From a virus: a DNA stretch of 64,000 bases. The notes below the pieces were generated by a model. The model was given only the letters and a program-made list of their open reading frames with translations, searched no databases and was not told where the DNA came from. The translations under genes and the position numbers were made by a program. Below are positions 1 through 11,051 of the stretch, piece by piece (the first letter of the stretch is position 1; the number at the start of each line of letters is the position of its first letter). The DNA lies in the IMG/VR virus record IMGVR_UViG_3300042691_029205, positions 1 to 64,000 of that record. The stretch is one strand, 5' to 3'.

Positions 1-23
1 GGAGAGCCTCGCGGCGACTGAGC

Positions 24-671
24 ATGAAAATTAAAAACGGTTACACCTACAAAACTCGAAATGGTTCCATAGTTACAGCCTATAATGATTATAATGGAAT
101 AACGATTGGTTTTTCACCGTCTATTGATGGAGTAGACTCTTGGTGGACTAATTTAGGAAAAAACTGGAAAGACAAAGAATCCCCATCCGACGCCGTTAAA
201 GAACTATACGGCCCGATTCCAGAAGGTTATATTATAGTAACTAAGGAAGAACAACAGAAAACAGATAAACCAAGTATTAAAGGTTTAAAATTTTGGGATA
301 ACATTCAAGATAAATGGAATGATTGTTCCAGCCAGTGGTGGCATAATCAATTATTTTATATAAAACCAATTATCCCCATCTCAAGCGATGTAAAAGAAGA
401 ACAAAAACCAGTCTTTCCTTGGAAACAGGGCGATCTATTACTAGATATGAAAGATCGGGAATTCCGCTATTTTGTTGCTGTTTATAAAAACACTCTATAT
501 TTTGAATACGATGTTGTTAATGGGATTTTCCATTATGATTCAGTTGACAATATGGATAACTATGTGTTGGCTAACACACTACGAGAAATTAATGTAGATG
601 GATTAACATATCTGTTATACTATAAAGATGGTCAACCTTGGCTGATTGCTAAACCAAATATTGTTGATTAA
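24..671 (+). CDS. Hypothetical phage protein
   Basis: 215-aa ORF; GGAG upstream and dyad repeat copy directly before the ATG. Confidence 0.75.
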   Translation: MKIKNGYTYKTRNGSIVTAYNDYNGITIGFSPSIDGVDSWWTNLGKNWKDKESPSDAVKELYGPIPEGYIIVTKEEQQKTDKPSIKGLKFWDNIQDKWNDCSSQWWHNQLFYIKPIIPISSDVKEEQKPVFPWKQGDLLLDMKDREFRYFVAVYKNTLYFEYDVVNGIFHYDSVDNMDNYVLANTLREINVDGLTYLLYYKDGQPWLIAKPNIVD

Positions 672-712
672 TTCAATTCGTATCACAAAAGGAAGCCCTG
701 CGGCGTTTGAGC

Positions 713-1104
713 ATGAACTATTTACCTCTTTTAATCTGGTTAATCTACGGCCTTTCATTAATGTTTCTAGGTTTTGATGCCACCTACACGTTAAATCAAA
801 TGTGGTGGATGGGTATCATTTGGAATACGATGGGCTGTACAATATTGCCATTGTTTTTTGGCATTATATTTTTTTAGCATTACATAGCCCCGATCTTGAT
901 AAAAAAGTAGGTGTGAAATGGGTATTATGGTTTTGTTTTAAACCAATCCTGTATTTTTTACAAACTATTTGGCTGGTGTTGATTGGTAATTTTCATGCTC
1001 ATGTTGTTATTTTACCAGCACTTATAATCTGCTCCGTTGTAATTGCGTTACTATATATTTGGTATATTATCGCTCGTTATCATGTGGATAAAGAAGGTGC
1101 ATAA
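713..1104 (+). pseudogene. Membrane protein gene split by a frameshift at a T7 run (869-875)
   Basis: ATG at 713 follows AAAGGAAG and the dyad repeat. The hydrophobic frame (MNYLPLLIWLIYG...) stops at TAG 875-877 and hydrophobic coding continues in the -1 frame (ORF 802-1104). Confidence 0.6.
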
Positions 1105-2977
1105 TGCAACTACAAATCAAAGAGCTTATCCCAGGAGACAAGATCGTTCACGATGGTAAAGGACTCACAGTTAGTAGTTTGCGGCCTTCTGTAGAATACG
1201 ACGGGTTTTATTTTGTACAATGCTGGTCACAGATTTATATGTTCCCAGCGGATTTATCAGTCGAAGTAGAACGAGATGCTCCAAAAACAAAGATTACAAA
1301 GGCTAAAACATGAGAATTATTTCCAAATTTAAAGACTACTATGATTGTATGCAGAAGTATGCTGATTATTCGACTACTCCATATAATAGACACTCTTTGA
1401 TTAAAACATACAAAGATTTAGATAAAGAGGAATTGTCTTATCTTAAAACAGACCATCGTGATTTATTTATAATTGGTTTCTGTGGTAAGATTTATGGTGG
1501 TTTATCTGCATGTAAAAAAGAAAAAGGTGTGTTTAAATCTCAGATATGCTATTCTTATGAAGAATACGAGGCGTTTTATCATAATTATGATTTACCAGTG
1601 AATTATACAAGAGAACAAAAGCGAAAAAGTAAAGAGTTGTTCTTTCAAATAGAAAATAATTCTCTCTTTGTTAAGAATTCGGCTCCTTCTTTTATTTATT
1701 TAACTAGAAGACAGCCATATAGTTCATCTGATAATCCTGATATTATCTGCTATCATACATTAAATAAACATAAAAAACAAGACTCTATTGTTCAATACAA
1801 CGATAAATATGAAAGTTGGTTTCCTTGTTTATTTGACTATTCATTCTATAATATTATACCTGAAGAACAGGCTTATATGCAGATAGAATCTTATATTAAA
1901 GGGGTTCTCTGTAAAGAATATAAACAAGAACCATTTGAACCAAACAATACTAAAATTGAACGAGCGGGATTTGACTTAAAAGCTTCTTTTAGAAAGGATC
2001 GTTAAAATGATGCAATATTCAAAAATGACAATTCAACCAGAACACGGAGATATGACTGGTTATCGATTGGTACAAGAAGGGGAAAAAATACTTCCCGATG
2101 ATGAGTATTTTGATAATAAAAAATGGAATACACTTAATGGCTATACACCTCATAAAATGAGTGATCTGTATGTAGCTCATCGTCGTAAATTACCAGAAAA
2201 AAAGACCTATTTATTTAACATTGAAACAGATTATATTAAACTCGGCAAAGTATTTAGAGATGTTAATTCATTATTTCATGATGAATGTACTTTATCTGAC
2301 GAACAATTAGGCAAAATCCTATACCTACAGCTACGGAGTAGCAATAATGCTCAATAACCTACCAACATTTACAAATAAAATGAAGCAAGTAGCCGTTCAT
2401 CTAAACGCAGCAAAAGGCTTATTAGATAGCGGCCCGTTAGATTATTATTTGGAAAAGTTATCTAAACACTCAGAAGTTTTGCTGTCTAAGTTTGCTGATT
2501 TTAAAATAGGTGATAGGTGTGTAATTATAAATACTCCTAATGGCTATAACGGAAAAGAAAGCTATCATGGTAGAGAAAAAACATTTGAAATCGGCTCTAT
2601 TGGTACTATTGTAGATATTGATTATACTAACGATTTTATATATTGCTGGAAGCCAGATCAAGATTTTTATCAAGATTACACTGGAGGATACCCTGGAAAA
2701 TGGCAGTTGTCCAATACTCCGCATCTTTATTGGTTACGTAGAGAAGTTATAGCAAAGAAATTTAGTTAATATTAGGAGTTCAAAAGTGAATAATATTCCA
2801 AACACTTTTAAAAAACACGAAGAAAATGTATTACTAGCCGCGATACAAGATGCGTCTGAAATATATTATGGCTATCAAGATGTGGATCGATACTTAGAAG
2901 AAACTCCAAAGGCTTCTTTTGTTGTAGAAGTTAACCAGAATTTAAATAGATTGGGTTACAAAATCACAAAAATTTAA
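1104..2977 (+). other. Run of five short hypothetical phage CDSs (1104-1313, 1310-2005, 2007-2357, 2347-2769, 2786-2977)
   Basis: Abutting or overlapping start/stop codons; no recognisable motifs. Confidence 0.7.
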
Positions 2978-2994
2978 CCTCGCGGCGACTGAGC

Positions 2995-3022
2995 TTGACT
3001 TTTCGCTCCTATATGCTAAAAT
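2995..3022 (+). promoter_or_regulatory. sigma70-type promoter TTGACT-N16-TAAAAT (TGn extended -10)
   Basis: Direct consensus match, immediately after a dyad repeat copy. Confidence 0.7.
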
Positions 3023-3068
3023 CGTTGTATCAGATTTATCCTGTCTCTAGCCCAACGGCGATTGAGTT

Positions 3069-3524
3069 ATGCAAGTTTTCCTCCCTTCATCGTCCTTTAA
3101 GGACTCTGTAGCCGCACTTGACCCGAAGCGTCTCGGTAATCAAATCTATCGGGAATGTAAAACTCTAATTAGCGGCGGCTGGACTTATCACCCCGCTTCT
3201 AAGATGTGGTCGGGCTATAAGCCTGCCCTTGCGGTTTACGCCCTCTATGGGCTGGAGGAACTTGCTCGCCGTGGGCGTTTTTATCCTCATCATGTGGACT
3301 ATTTTAAGTCCTTTTTACCAGAGGGACTTGACTTAGCCGACTCCCAGGCTATAATAGGATTATGTCCTAGTTGGTTAGGTGACGACAAATTACATAGTTC
3401 ACACCGAGCCGCCTTACTATATAAAGACTACAAGTGGTACTCACAGTTTGGCTGGAGTGAACAACCCGCAGTACCATTTAAAAACGGGAAGAAATTTTCG
3501 CTACCTTATTACTGGCCGAGCTAA
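3069..3524 (+). CDS. MSMEG_6728-family / pyrimidine-dimer glycosylase-like protein
   Basis: MQVFLP...LDPKRLGNQ..E, HPA.KMW.GY, P.WLGD..LHSSHRA.LL.K, LPYYWP motifs. Confidence 0.8.
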   Translation: MQVFLPSSSFKDSVAALDPKRLGNQIYRECKTLISGGWTYHPASKMWSGYKPALAVYALYGLEELARRGRFYPHHVDYFKSFLPEGLDLADSQAIIGLCPSWLGDDKLHSSHRAALLYKDYKWYSQFGWSEQPAVPFKNGKKFSLPYYWPS

Positions 3525-3567
3525 AGCTCTATTATTGTAATAATCATTTTAATTGGAGATAATATTT

Positions 3568-5508
3568 ATGTTTACCGCATTTTCTAAAGCTGTTGATACT
3601 CGATTTAAAGAAATGTCTAAAGGTGAGTTATTTGTTGTCGATGCTCCAGATATATTTGAGCAATATTTAGCCGCTTTTCCCGCTGGAAGCGACCCAGTAT
3701 TTCGTACTAGAACTGAGCACGATTGTCAATGTTGCAAACACTTTCTACGACGACTTGGTATTGTAGTTAGTGTGAAAAATGGCGAAATGATTACACTGTT
3801 TAGTGATCTTGATTTACCTGCTCCTTATAATGTAGTAGCAGAGAAATTAGATTCATATATTCGTAGCCGCCCTATTGAATCTGTCTTTAGGACTAAGGAG
3901 CGTAGTTATGGTATGGATCATAATTATGACAAACAGAATCAACGCTATGACCATTTTTACGGTAAGATTGATAATAAACATTATTCATACGACAAAGCCG
4001 ATACATTAAGAGGTGAAAAAGAGTCTGTTTATAAGGTATTCAAACGAGGGCTAACCGAATTAAATATTGCGGATATTGATACGGTTATTGATTTGATCGA
4101 TAGTAATGGACTATATCGTGGAGAAGAACACAAGCAATCTCTATCGGCCTTTAGAAAATTGATGCTGGTCTATAAAGAATCTGAAAATAAAGATTTGTTT
4201 ATTTGGGAACACTTAAATGAGCGTAGTGCTTGTATTAGAAATACAGTTATTGGCACTTTGCTAGTCGATTTAGCCGATGGTAAAGATATTGATGTCGCTG
4301 TGAAATCTTTTGAAACCAAAGTGGCTCCAGCTAACTATAAACGGCCTACGTCTGTAATTACTCAAAAGATGGTCGAATCAGCTATCGAAACATTAAATAC
4401 AATGGGTCTAGGTGGGGCTATTTATCGACGATACGCTAAGTTAAGTGATGTTTCGGTTAACGATGTGTTATTTGTAGATAATGACGTTAAAAATAAAATG
4501 AAAGATGGTATTGCTACGTTATTGGAATCTAGTATTAAGCAATCAAAATCAACTACTAAAAATAGCATTACTATTAGTGCTGATGATTTTATAACTAAAG
4601 TGCTGCCAACTGCACGAAATATAGAGTTATTACTAGAGAATCGTCATTTAGGTAATTTTGTTACACTGACTGGTTCTGATGGATCAGAGCGTATATTTAA
4701 GTGGAATAATAATTTTGCGTGGTCTTATGATGGGGATGTGACCGATAGTGTTAAACAGAGAGTTAAGGCTGCTGGCGGCAATATTCACGCTGATATTAGA
4801 GTGAGTCTATCGTGGTTTAACTTTGATGATTTAGATTTACATGCAAAAACACCAGATGGAAAACTTATTTATTATGCAGATAAACAAGGTATATTAGACG
4901 TTGATATGAATGCTGGTTCTGGTACTACTAGAACTCCAGTAGAAAATCTAGCTTTTGTGAAGCCTAAGAGTGGTGTCTATAAAATATCAGTCGATCAATT
5001 TCATCGTCGAGAAACTATTGATTTTGGTTTTTCGATTGAGATTGAAAACGACGGTGTTTTACAACAATATAGTTATTCAAAAGCCCTACGAGATAAAGAA
5101 CACATTGACTGTTTTACATTCACCGTGAAGGGCGGTAAAGTGGTAGATATTAAAACCAATCTTGTTGGTGGAGATTTATCACAAGAAAAATGGGGACTAA
5201 AGACACAAACCTTAATCCCTGTGACTTCAATTATGTATAGCCCTAATCATTGGGGTGAAAATAAAGTTGGAGCTAAACATCTTATATTCGCGTTAAAGAA
5301 TTGTAAAAACGATAAACCTGTACGTGGGATATATAATGAGTTTCTGCGGTCTGACCTAGAGAAGCATCGCAAGGTGTTTGAAGTTTTAGGGTCTAAAACT
5401 AAGTGTCAACCTACAGAAGATCAAATATCTGGCGTTGGTTTTACATCTGCCAGAGGTGACAGTGTAAGTGTTAATGTAAACAATCGTAGTTATCTTGTTA
5501 CTTTCTAA
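3568..5508 (+). CDS. Large conserved phage protein with Cys motif (HDCQCC) and YfaP/DUF2135-like domain
   Basis: SLSWFNFDDLDLH...LDVDMNAG...PVEN motif; GGAG RBS before ATG 3568. Confidence 0.65.
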   Translation: MFTAFSKAVDTRFKEMSKGELFVVDAPDIFEQYLAAFPAGSDPVFRTRTEHDCQCCKHFLRRLGIVVSVKNGEMITLFSDLDLPAPYNVVAEKLDSYIRSRPIESVFRTKERSYGMDHNYDKQNQRYDHFYGKIDNKHYSYDKADTLRGEKESVYKVFKRGLTELNIADIDTVIDLIDSNGLYRGEEHKQSLSAFRKLMLVYKESENKDLFIWEHLNERSACIRNTVIGTLLVDLADGKDIDVAVKSFETKVAPANYKRPTSVITQKMVESAIETLNTMGLGGAIYRRYAKLSDVSVNDVLFVDNDVKNKMKDGIATLLESSIKQSKSTTKNSITISADDFITKVLPTARNIELLLENRHLGNFVTLTGSDGSERIFKWNNNFAWSYDGDVTDSVKQRVKAAGGNIHADIRVSLSWFNFDDLDLHAKTPDGKLIYYADKQGILDVDMNAGSGTTRTPVENLAFVKPKSGVYKISVDQFHRRETIDFGFSIEIENDGVLQQYSYSKALRDKEHIDCFTFTVKGGKVVDIKTNLVGGDLSQEKWGLKTQTLIPVTSIMYSPNHWGENKVGAKHLIFALKNCKNDKPVRGIYNEFLRSDLEKHRKVFEVLGSKTKCQPTEDQISGVGFTSARGDSVSVNVNNRSYLVTF

Positions 5509-5519
5509 TTTTTAAGGAG

Positions 5520-5930
5520 ATGGTTATGGATATGTATAAGTTTGCGGCTCAAAAGAAGTTGCGTTTTCCCTCTACGAAAGGTCAGTTGGTTGTAGAACAG
5601 CTTTTTGACCTACCGCTAAAATCAACTAATAATTTCGACTTGAATACGGTTGCTAAGACAATCAGTAACGATTTAAAAACAACTGGTGAAGAAAATTTCG
5701 TTGGAGACACAACTCTCGACCCTCATAAAGAAATGCTTGAGGTGGCATTAGAGATTGTAAAAGACGTTATTAAGGTCAAACAAGAAGAAAACGCTGCTCG
5801 TCTAAACAAACTCAAAAAAGCAGAAGAACGGAAAAAGATTCTCAATGCTATTGCAGCGAAAAAGGATCAACAATTAACTACTGCTTCTTTGGAAGAATTG
5901 CAACAGAAGTTAGATGCACTAGATGGATAG
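5520..5930 (+). CDS. Conserved coiled-coil phage protein, partner of the upstream gene
   Basis: KLRFPSTKGQLVVEQLFDLPL N-terminus, charged helical C-terminus; AAGGAG RBS. Confidence 0.7.
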   Translation: MVMDMYKFAAQKKLRFPSTKGQLVVEQLFDLPLKSTNNFDLNTVAKTISNDLKTTGEENFVGDTTLDPHKEMLEVALEIVKDVIKVKQEENAARLNKLKKAEERKKILNAIAAKKDQQLTTASLEELQQKLDALDG

Positions 5931-5951
5931 TCTGTACCCCACATTAGGGGA

Positions 5952-5979
5952 TTGACAAAAACTTAGCATTTATTATAAT
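5952..5979 (+). promoter_or_regulatory. sigma70 promoter TTGACA-N16-TATAAT
   Basis: Perfect hexamers in an intergenic gap. Confidence 0.8.
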
Positions 5980-6033
5980 AGGCTCTGTGGGTAAAACTCG
6001 GAGTCTATTTTAATATCATAGGAGTAATTACTA

Positions 6034-6902
6034 ATGTTTGTTGAAACAAACGACGTTGACAAAGAAAGCAACCGAATAGTTCGTTGTTTACTAGATGAAC
6101 TACAGGCTAATTTAGGTGGATATTATTCTTGGAAAAAAGAATATATTGATATAAAACACAATGAAGAACAATTTAATGGTTTCTTCTGGCGAGCCTTCCA
6201 ATGTGTTCAAAGTTTACATGAAATTTTCGGATTTACCTATGATGAAGTCAGAGATATGTTATGGGATCACAAACCTAATGAGTGGTGGTTGACCAAGAAT
6301 TTAAAGTCATTAGAATTAACTAATGTTCAATATTTGATTAATAAACAACTGTTTGAATTGAGGACTCCATGAATAAAACACTGATTACCGATGAAGATCA
6401 ATATAAAAACTATTTAGATATTCTAAGAAAAAACTACTATATTTGCGATCATGAAATACCACAAGAATATCCGTGTCTTATGATAGAAAATATAGAGTAT
6501 TTAACATATGGAGAAGACCAAGTATCTCTAGAATTTGTTTACCTATCGGATTTCGCCACAGATAAGCATCCAGATAGCCTCTTCACACAACATCTACAAA
6601 AAGAGGCAATGAGGCTGTGTCCTGATTATACATTCAATCATAAATCTGATGAATACGAGTATTTATATGCTATCATAGCTTCGCTGGAAGGAGTAAGTAA
6701 AGCGTGTGATGGTTGGTATGAAATGACAAAGGGATTACTTAAATCGATTAAAGAAACAACCAGTGGAATGTTATTGAGTGCAATATTGAACACTGGTAAG
6801 AAATTAGGCTTATTAAGTGAGCTAGATTATACTGCTTTGTCTGCTATTTCTCATACTTTAGGTAACGAAAATGACAAGAATGACAAAAAAACAGAAAGAT
6901 AA
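6034..6902 (+). other. Two hypothetical CDSs (6034-6372, 6369-6902)
   Basis: RBS-preceded, overlapping ORFs. Confidence 0.7.
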
Positions 6903-7317
6903 ACTACGGGTAAAAGCACGCCGTAAGTATTTAGACATACTAATGTATTTTCAAGATAATAAGTGTTATTATTGTCATCGTGATCTTATTATTAGGCCAG
7001 TTGATGCTTATATAAAAGGAAATTATTGTTATAATGAGAAGACACATGAACAAGTTGGTATTTATGCAACTATAGATCATATAATACCTCTTAGAGAAAA
7101 GCACGATAATCATAACGATAGGTCTAATTTAGTAGTCTGTTGTATGAAATGTAATAACCAAAAAGATAATAGTTTTAATCCTCTACCAAAACAACGTATC
7201 TGTAATATATGTGGAATTACTTTTGTAAAACACAGACATAGTAATAAATCATGTATTGATTGTAGTCAGTGGCGTTACGAACTAGATATGGCTGTTTTGG
7301 CTACTTCGTTATCCTAA
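6871..7317 (+). CDS. HNH endonuclease
   Basis: CYYC...TIDHIIP....N...NLVVCC.KCNNQK HNH signature plus an extra CxxC pair. Confidence 0.85.
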   Translation: MTRMTKKQKDKLRVKARRKYLDILMYFQDNKCYYCHRDLIIRPVDAYIKGNYCYNEKTHEQVGIYATIDHIIPLREKHDNHNDRSNLVVCCMKCNNQKDNSFNPLPKQRICNICGITFVKHRHSNKSCIDCSQWRYELDMAVLATSLS

Positions 7318-7328
7318 AGGAAAAAATT

Positions 7329-7715
7329 ATGTCCAAAGAACTAGAACAAGAATTAATTAAAACCATTGACACGATTAAAGAGCAATTAGGTAAATCTAAA
7401 GACTTTGTAGTAGAACAACTACCTGATGTAATCCAGCAGTATTTAGCCTGGGAGTTCTATTCAAATGTTATGTTATGTAGTATATCATTATTTATAAGTA
7501 TCGTAACATTTGAAATTATCCGTAGATTTTATAAAAATTTTCAAAAAAATGAATTAGACGATCCCTATTATGTATTGTTATTTATTTTTACTATCATGGC
7601 TTTTCTTTCGTCTGTATTAATAAGTTGTAGTCTCCTTTACAATGCTACGAAAGTTTATATAGCACCAAAAGTTGTTCTAGTAGAAAAAATGATTGAACTT
7701 ACTAAAGGTAAATAA
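7329..7715 (+). CDS. Two-TM membrane protein
   Basis: Two hydrophobic segments; AAGG RBS before ATG 7329. Confidence 0.65.
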   Translation: MSKELEQELIKTIDTIKEQLGKSKDFVVEQLPDVIQQYLAWEFYSNVMLCSISLFISIVTFEIIRRFYKNFQKNELDDPYYVLLFIFTIMAFLSSVLISCSLLYNATKVYIAPKVVLVEKMIELTKGK

Positions 7716-8310
7716 TATGTTAATTTACTATCACCCAACTCTTGTTTATTATCGTCAAAAATATTTTAAAATTACTGAAACTGAAAAAGAGGCCATTTAT
7801 AATGACTGTGATGATGACTTTCTAGAATATATGCATAAAATAGAAGATCATACTCGTTCTTATAAAACAAAACGTCCTGTTTTATACTTTCTACTAGAGG
7901 AACTACCACAGGCAGTAGAAACATTTTTTGATACATTGAGAGATATAAGAATTACAATTAAAAACCACTTCTATCCGTATAATATAGTCAAGTGTCGTTA
8001 TCTCAGTGTAAACTACCATGATAAAGACCTTGTTATGGAGCATTGTATTTTAGAATTACTAGCTCAATTTGTTGAACGTGAAAAACCGTGGGAATTTGAG
8101 TCCTCTAGTCGTGAGATAGCCAAACAATATGAAGAAGATTTATATGACGGAGAAAAACGCTCTGTAATATGGGCTAAATTAAAAAAAGCCTACTACTTCT
8201 ACAAACACTTAGAAGAAATAGAGTCTTTTTTAGATGAAAAGAAATTAAAACATATCTACCGCGAAGCTGTTATGAATACTGTCACTTATCGGGAATACCT
8301 TTGGACGTAG
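7693..8310 (+). CDS. Hypothetical phage protein
   Basis: 205-aa ORF. Confidence 0.7.
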   Translation: MNLLKVNNMLIYYHPTLVYYRQKYFKITETEKEAIYNDCDDDFLEYMHKIEDHTRSYKTKRPVLYFLLEELPQAVETFFDTLRDIRITIKNHFYPYNIVKCRYLSVNYHDKDLVMEHCILELLAQFVEREKPWEFESSSREIAKQYEEDLYDGEKRSVIWAKLKKAYYFYKHLEEIESFLDEKKLKHIYREAVMNTVTYREYLWT

Positions 8311-8463
8311 GCTCAATCGCCGCTGGGCTTATTTAAACGTGGAGACTTGCGAATTTCTCGGTATAAATTAGGATTACACGATTCTAAAGCTGCTTTATTA
8401 TTAAAGATGGAAAAAACTAATGATTCAATGCTAATACAACTCTAAGAAAGGTAGCGTAGCTAT

Positions 8464-8517
8464 ATGCATTACAAAGTAGTCATCGGAGACGTAACAAATC
8501 CAACATATCGGAAATAA
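8464..8517 (+). pseudogene. Orphaned 5' remnant of the macro-domain gene (MHYKVVIGDVTNPTYRK*)
   Basis: Near-identical to the N-terminus of 9320-9898 (MNYKVIIGDVTCP); has its own AAGG RBS. Confidence 0.75.
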
Positions 8518-8546
8518 TAAAAATTTTAAATTTTTGATTATTAACA

Positions 8547-8580
8547 AACGGTGTATTATCCCTTATAAGGAGAATACACT
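8547..8580 (+). promoter_or_regulatory. Putative late promoter AACGGTGTAT plus RBS-sequestering hairpin
   Basis: GTGTATT(8551-57) pairs with AATACAC(8573-79); TCC pairs with GGA of the AAGGAG RBS. Confidence 0.65.
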
Positions 8581-9330
8581 ATGTCAAACAGAAAATGGAC
8601 AGAAAAACAATTAAGACAGGCAGTTCCAAAATCTACATCGTGGAGAGATTTGTGTCGTAATTTAAATATGACTTTTTCCATATCGTTTAGAAAAATAATT
8701 GAATCGGAATTTCCAGATGTGGACACATCTCATTTTACCAGAGCTTATCCAGGTAGTACGAAGTACACATATTTATTAGACATGAAATTTGATAAATTAA
8801 CAGTTATAGAAATACTTAAACCACAATTAAAGACAAAATGGGATAGAAATTATAAATGTATTTGTAAATGCGAGTGCGGGAATTATAGAACATATAATTG
8901 TTGTTACATCATAAGAGGCTTATCTTTGTCTTGTGGGTGTGATAAGGATTATATTTATAGAAATCATAAGGGGGTTAATAGTAAAAATGGATTAGGGTCT
9001 ATTGGTGATATAGCCCATGTTTATACAAATAAACTATATGCTAGAGCATTGCAACACGATTTAGAATTTAATATTAATACAGAATATTTAAATGAAATAT
9101 ATCAACAACAAAACAAAAAATGTGCATTAACAGGGATAGATATAGAATTTAAAACTAAACACGGAACTGCGTCAGTTGATAGGATAGATAGCAGCAAGGG
9201 ATATATTAAGGGCAATATACAATGGGTACATAAAGACATTAATATTATGAAAATGGACTTTACTGTATTAGAATTTATAAGAATGTGTAAACTAGTAACA
9301 GACTATAATAAGGAAAAATATGAATTATAA
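8581..9330 (+). mobile_element. Free-standing HNH-type homing endonuclease gene inserted into the macro gene
   Basis: C-terminal CALTG...SVDRIDSSKGYIKGNIQWVHKDINIMK motif, CKCECG...SCGC zinc module; flanked by duplicated target N-terminus. Confidence 0.8.
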
Positions 9331-9898
9331 AGTAATTATTGGGGATGTTACATGTCCTGTTATACATTCGGATCATTGTTACATTCTACAAATAGTCAAT
9401 GACGAAAACCGACAATCAGCAGGCGTTGCTAAGGCTATTTATAAAAAATGGCCACAGGTAAAGACTGAATATCATGAATGGTTCTATAGATATGGAGAGA
9501 GATTATATAGAAGATCAAAATCTTTTCTTCCGGCAAAGTTAGGTCGTAATCAATATATTGAAGTCGAAGAAAATCTTACAGTGGTCAATATGATAGCTCA
9601 ATCGGATTGCGGCGGCTATCAAGGCTATCCTCCAATTCGTTATCAATCTCTTTGTGAGTGTTTAATTCGATTCGCAGATCATTTAAATCATCAAAGACAA
9701 CGTAGTTTTGAAATAGCGGCTCCCTTGTTTGGAACAGGATTAGCTGGTGGTACGATCAAAAATGTAATCACGGTTGTTAATAAAGCTATATATAATCGAG
9801 ATATTTTTGCTGATGTACTGTGGACTTGGTACGTCCTGACGGACGAGGAAAAGAAAGAAACAGAAGCAGCATTTCATCCAAGATGTGGAATTTCCTAA
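9320..9898 (+). CDS. Macro-domain protein (ADP-ribose binding/hydrolase)
   Basis: IGDVT..ILQIVN....SAGVAKAI.KKWP, VVNMIAQ, APLFGTGLAGG motifs. Confidence 0.85.
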   Translation: MNYKVIIGDVTCPVIHSDHCYILQIVNDENRQSAGVAKAIYKKWPQVKTEYHEWFYRYGERLYRRSKSFLPAKLGRNQYIEVEENLTVVNMIAQSDCGGYQGYPPIRYQSLCECLIRFADHLNHQRQRSFEIAAPLFGTGLAGGTIKNVITVVNKAIYNRDIFADVLWTWYVLTDEEKKETEAAFHPRCGIS

Positions 9899-9910
9899 AA
9901 GGTAAATAAT

Positions 9911-10419
9911 ATGCAATATAGAGTATTAAAAGAAGCAGCATTAGAAAGAACTTATTATTGGCCTCAGTATAAAAAAAACGATTTGGATGGTTGGAATCAT
10001 TTCTATGAAAAAAGTTGGGTTGGACAAGTATATGTATGTAGAACTTCTTATAAAGAAGCAGAAGAATATATAGATTCACAAATTACTAAATATCCAATTG
10101 TTGAAAAGAAGGTAATATGAAAATCACAATTAACAAACGAACATATATAAAAGAAACTGTGGATATTGATCTTCCTTATTATTATAAACAAAATATCTTT
10201 TTAGATTATTCGGACACCGAGGTTTATGGTCGAATAGATGAGAAAGAGCATATTTCTATCTCTATAACTACAGATAATACAGGTGAATACACTAGAATCC
10301 AATGGGAAAAAAAAGACACAGACTGGAATAGTTTGGGTTGTTATTTAGAACAAAAATATAAAAGCAATAAAGAAACATTTATAAAAATTAAATACTTAGC
10401 TGTAAATATTATCGTCTGA
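9911..10419 (+). other. Two hypothetical CDSs (9911-10120, 10117-10419)
   Basis: RBS-preceded overlapping ORFs. Confidence 0.65.
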
Positions 10420-10505
10420 GTAGGGTTTCACTAGACAACCCAGGAAAACTAAGCCCAGCGGCGTTTGAGCTTGAGCCTTGACAAATGAAAACCGCAGGCT
10501 ATAAT
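10417..10505 (+). repeat. ~85-bp intergenic repeat copy 1 (G-run hairpin + dyad + TTGACA-N16-TATAAT promoter)
   Basis: Near-identical to 13121-13204. Confidence 0.85.
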
Positions 10506-10547
10506 GAACCTATCACCACAACTTCCGCCTGATTCAGAAAGGTTTTT

Positions 10548-11051
10548 ATGATTTACCGCGATTTTTACATTGAACATTCTGTTAATTTTAACGCTTATTA
10601 TATCTACAAAGAAAACGAAAGCGTTAACTATTTGTGTCGCGATTTAGAATTACGTTTACATGCATGTAATGGTCATAAAGATATGTTTAAAGAAGATACT
10701 GCTTGGTATAAAACCCAAGAAGAAGCTAAACAAACAGTCGATAATTACTACGTGTCTATCACTCCAAAGACTAAAAAACCACGCAAACAACGTAAGCCAC
10801 GCAAACAACAAACCGTTGATAGCTTTGTAGTGTCTACTGGTAAAAAGGTACGTATTGACGGTAGCGATATTTGTGTTATGTTTTCAATTAGATCAGATAA
10901 ACTTATGTTGTTTCATTTGAAAGATTGCAATAGATGGAATGAAAAAACATATGATAGAGGTCAAGTTGTAACTGCCAAAGACATAACTACGTTGTATCGT
11001 TGTGAATTTTATGACGAGAAGAAGAAGAAATACTTACTACTGAAGCAGTAA
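10548..11051 (+). CDS. Hypothetical early protein, C-terminal domain related to 13245-14021
   Basis: KVRIDG...CEFYDEKKKKY vs RVRFDG...VEYYNKKSKRW. Confidence 0.7.
   Translation: MIYRDFYIEHSVNFNAYYIYKENESVNYLCRDLELRLHACNGHKDMFKEDTAWYKTQEEAKQTVDNYYVSITPKTKKPRKQRKPRKQQTVDSFVVSTGKKVRIDGSDICVMFSIRSDKLMLFHLKDCNRWNEKTYDRGQVVTAKDITTLYRCEFYDEKKKKYLLLKQ

Noticed and set aside
8308-8445. Frame stays open for 44 codons after the TAG at 8308-8310, suggesting amber recoding
   Set aside because: Long conserved genes are intact under the standard code, TAG ends several genes at natural C-termini, and no suppressor tRNA is seen
8518-9330. Group I intron carrying the HNH gene
   Set aside because: No room for an intron core on either side, and the downstream macro gene has its own complete N-terminus
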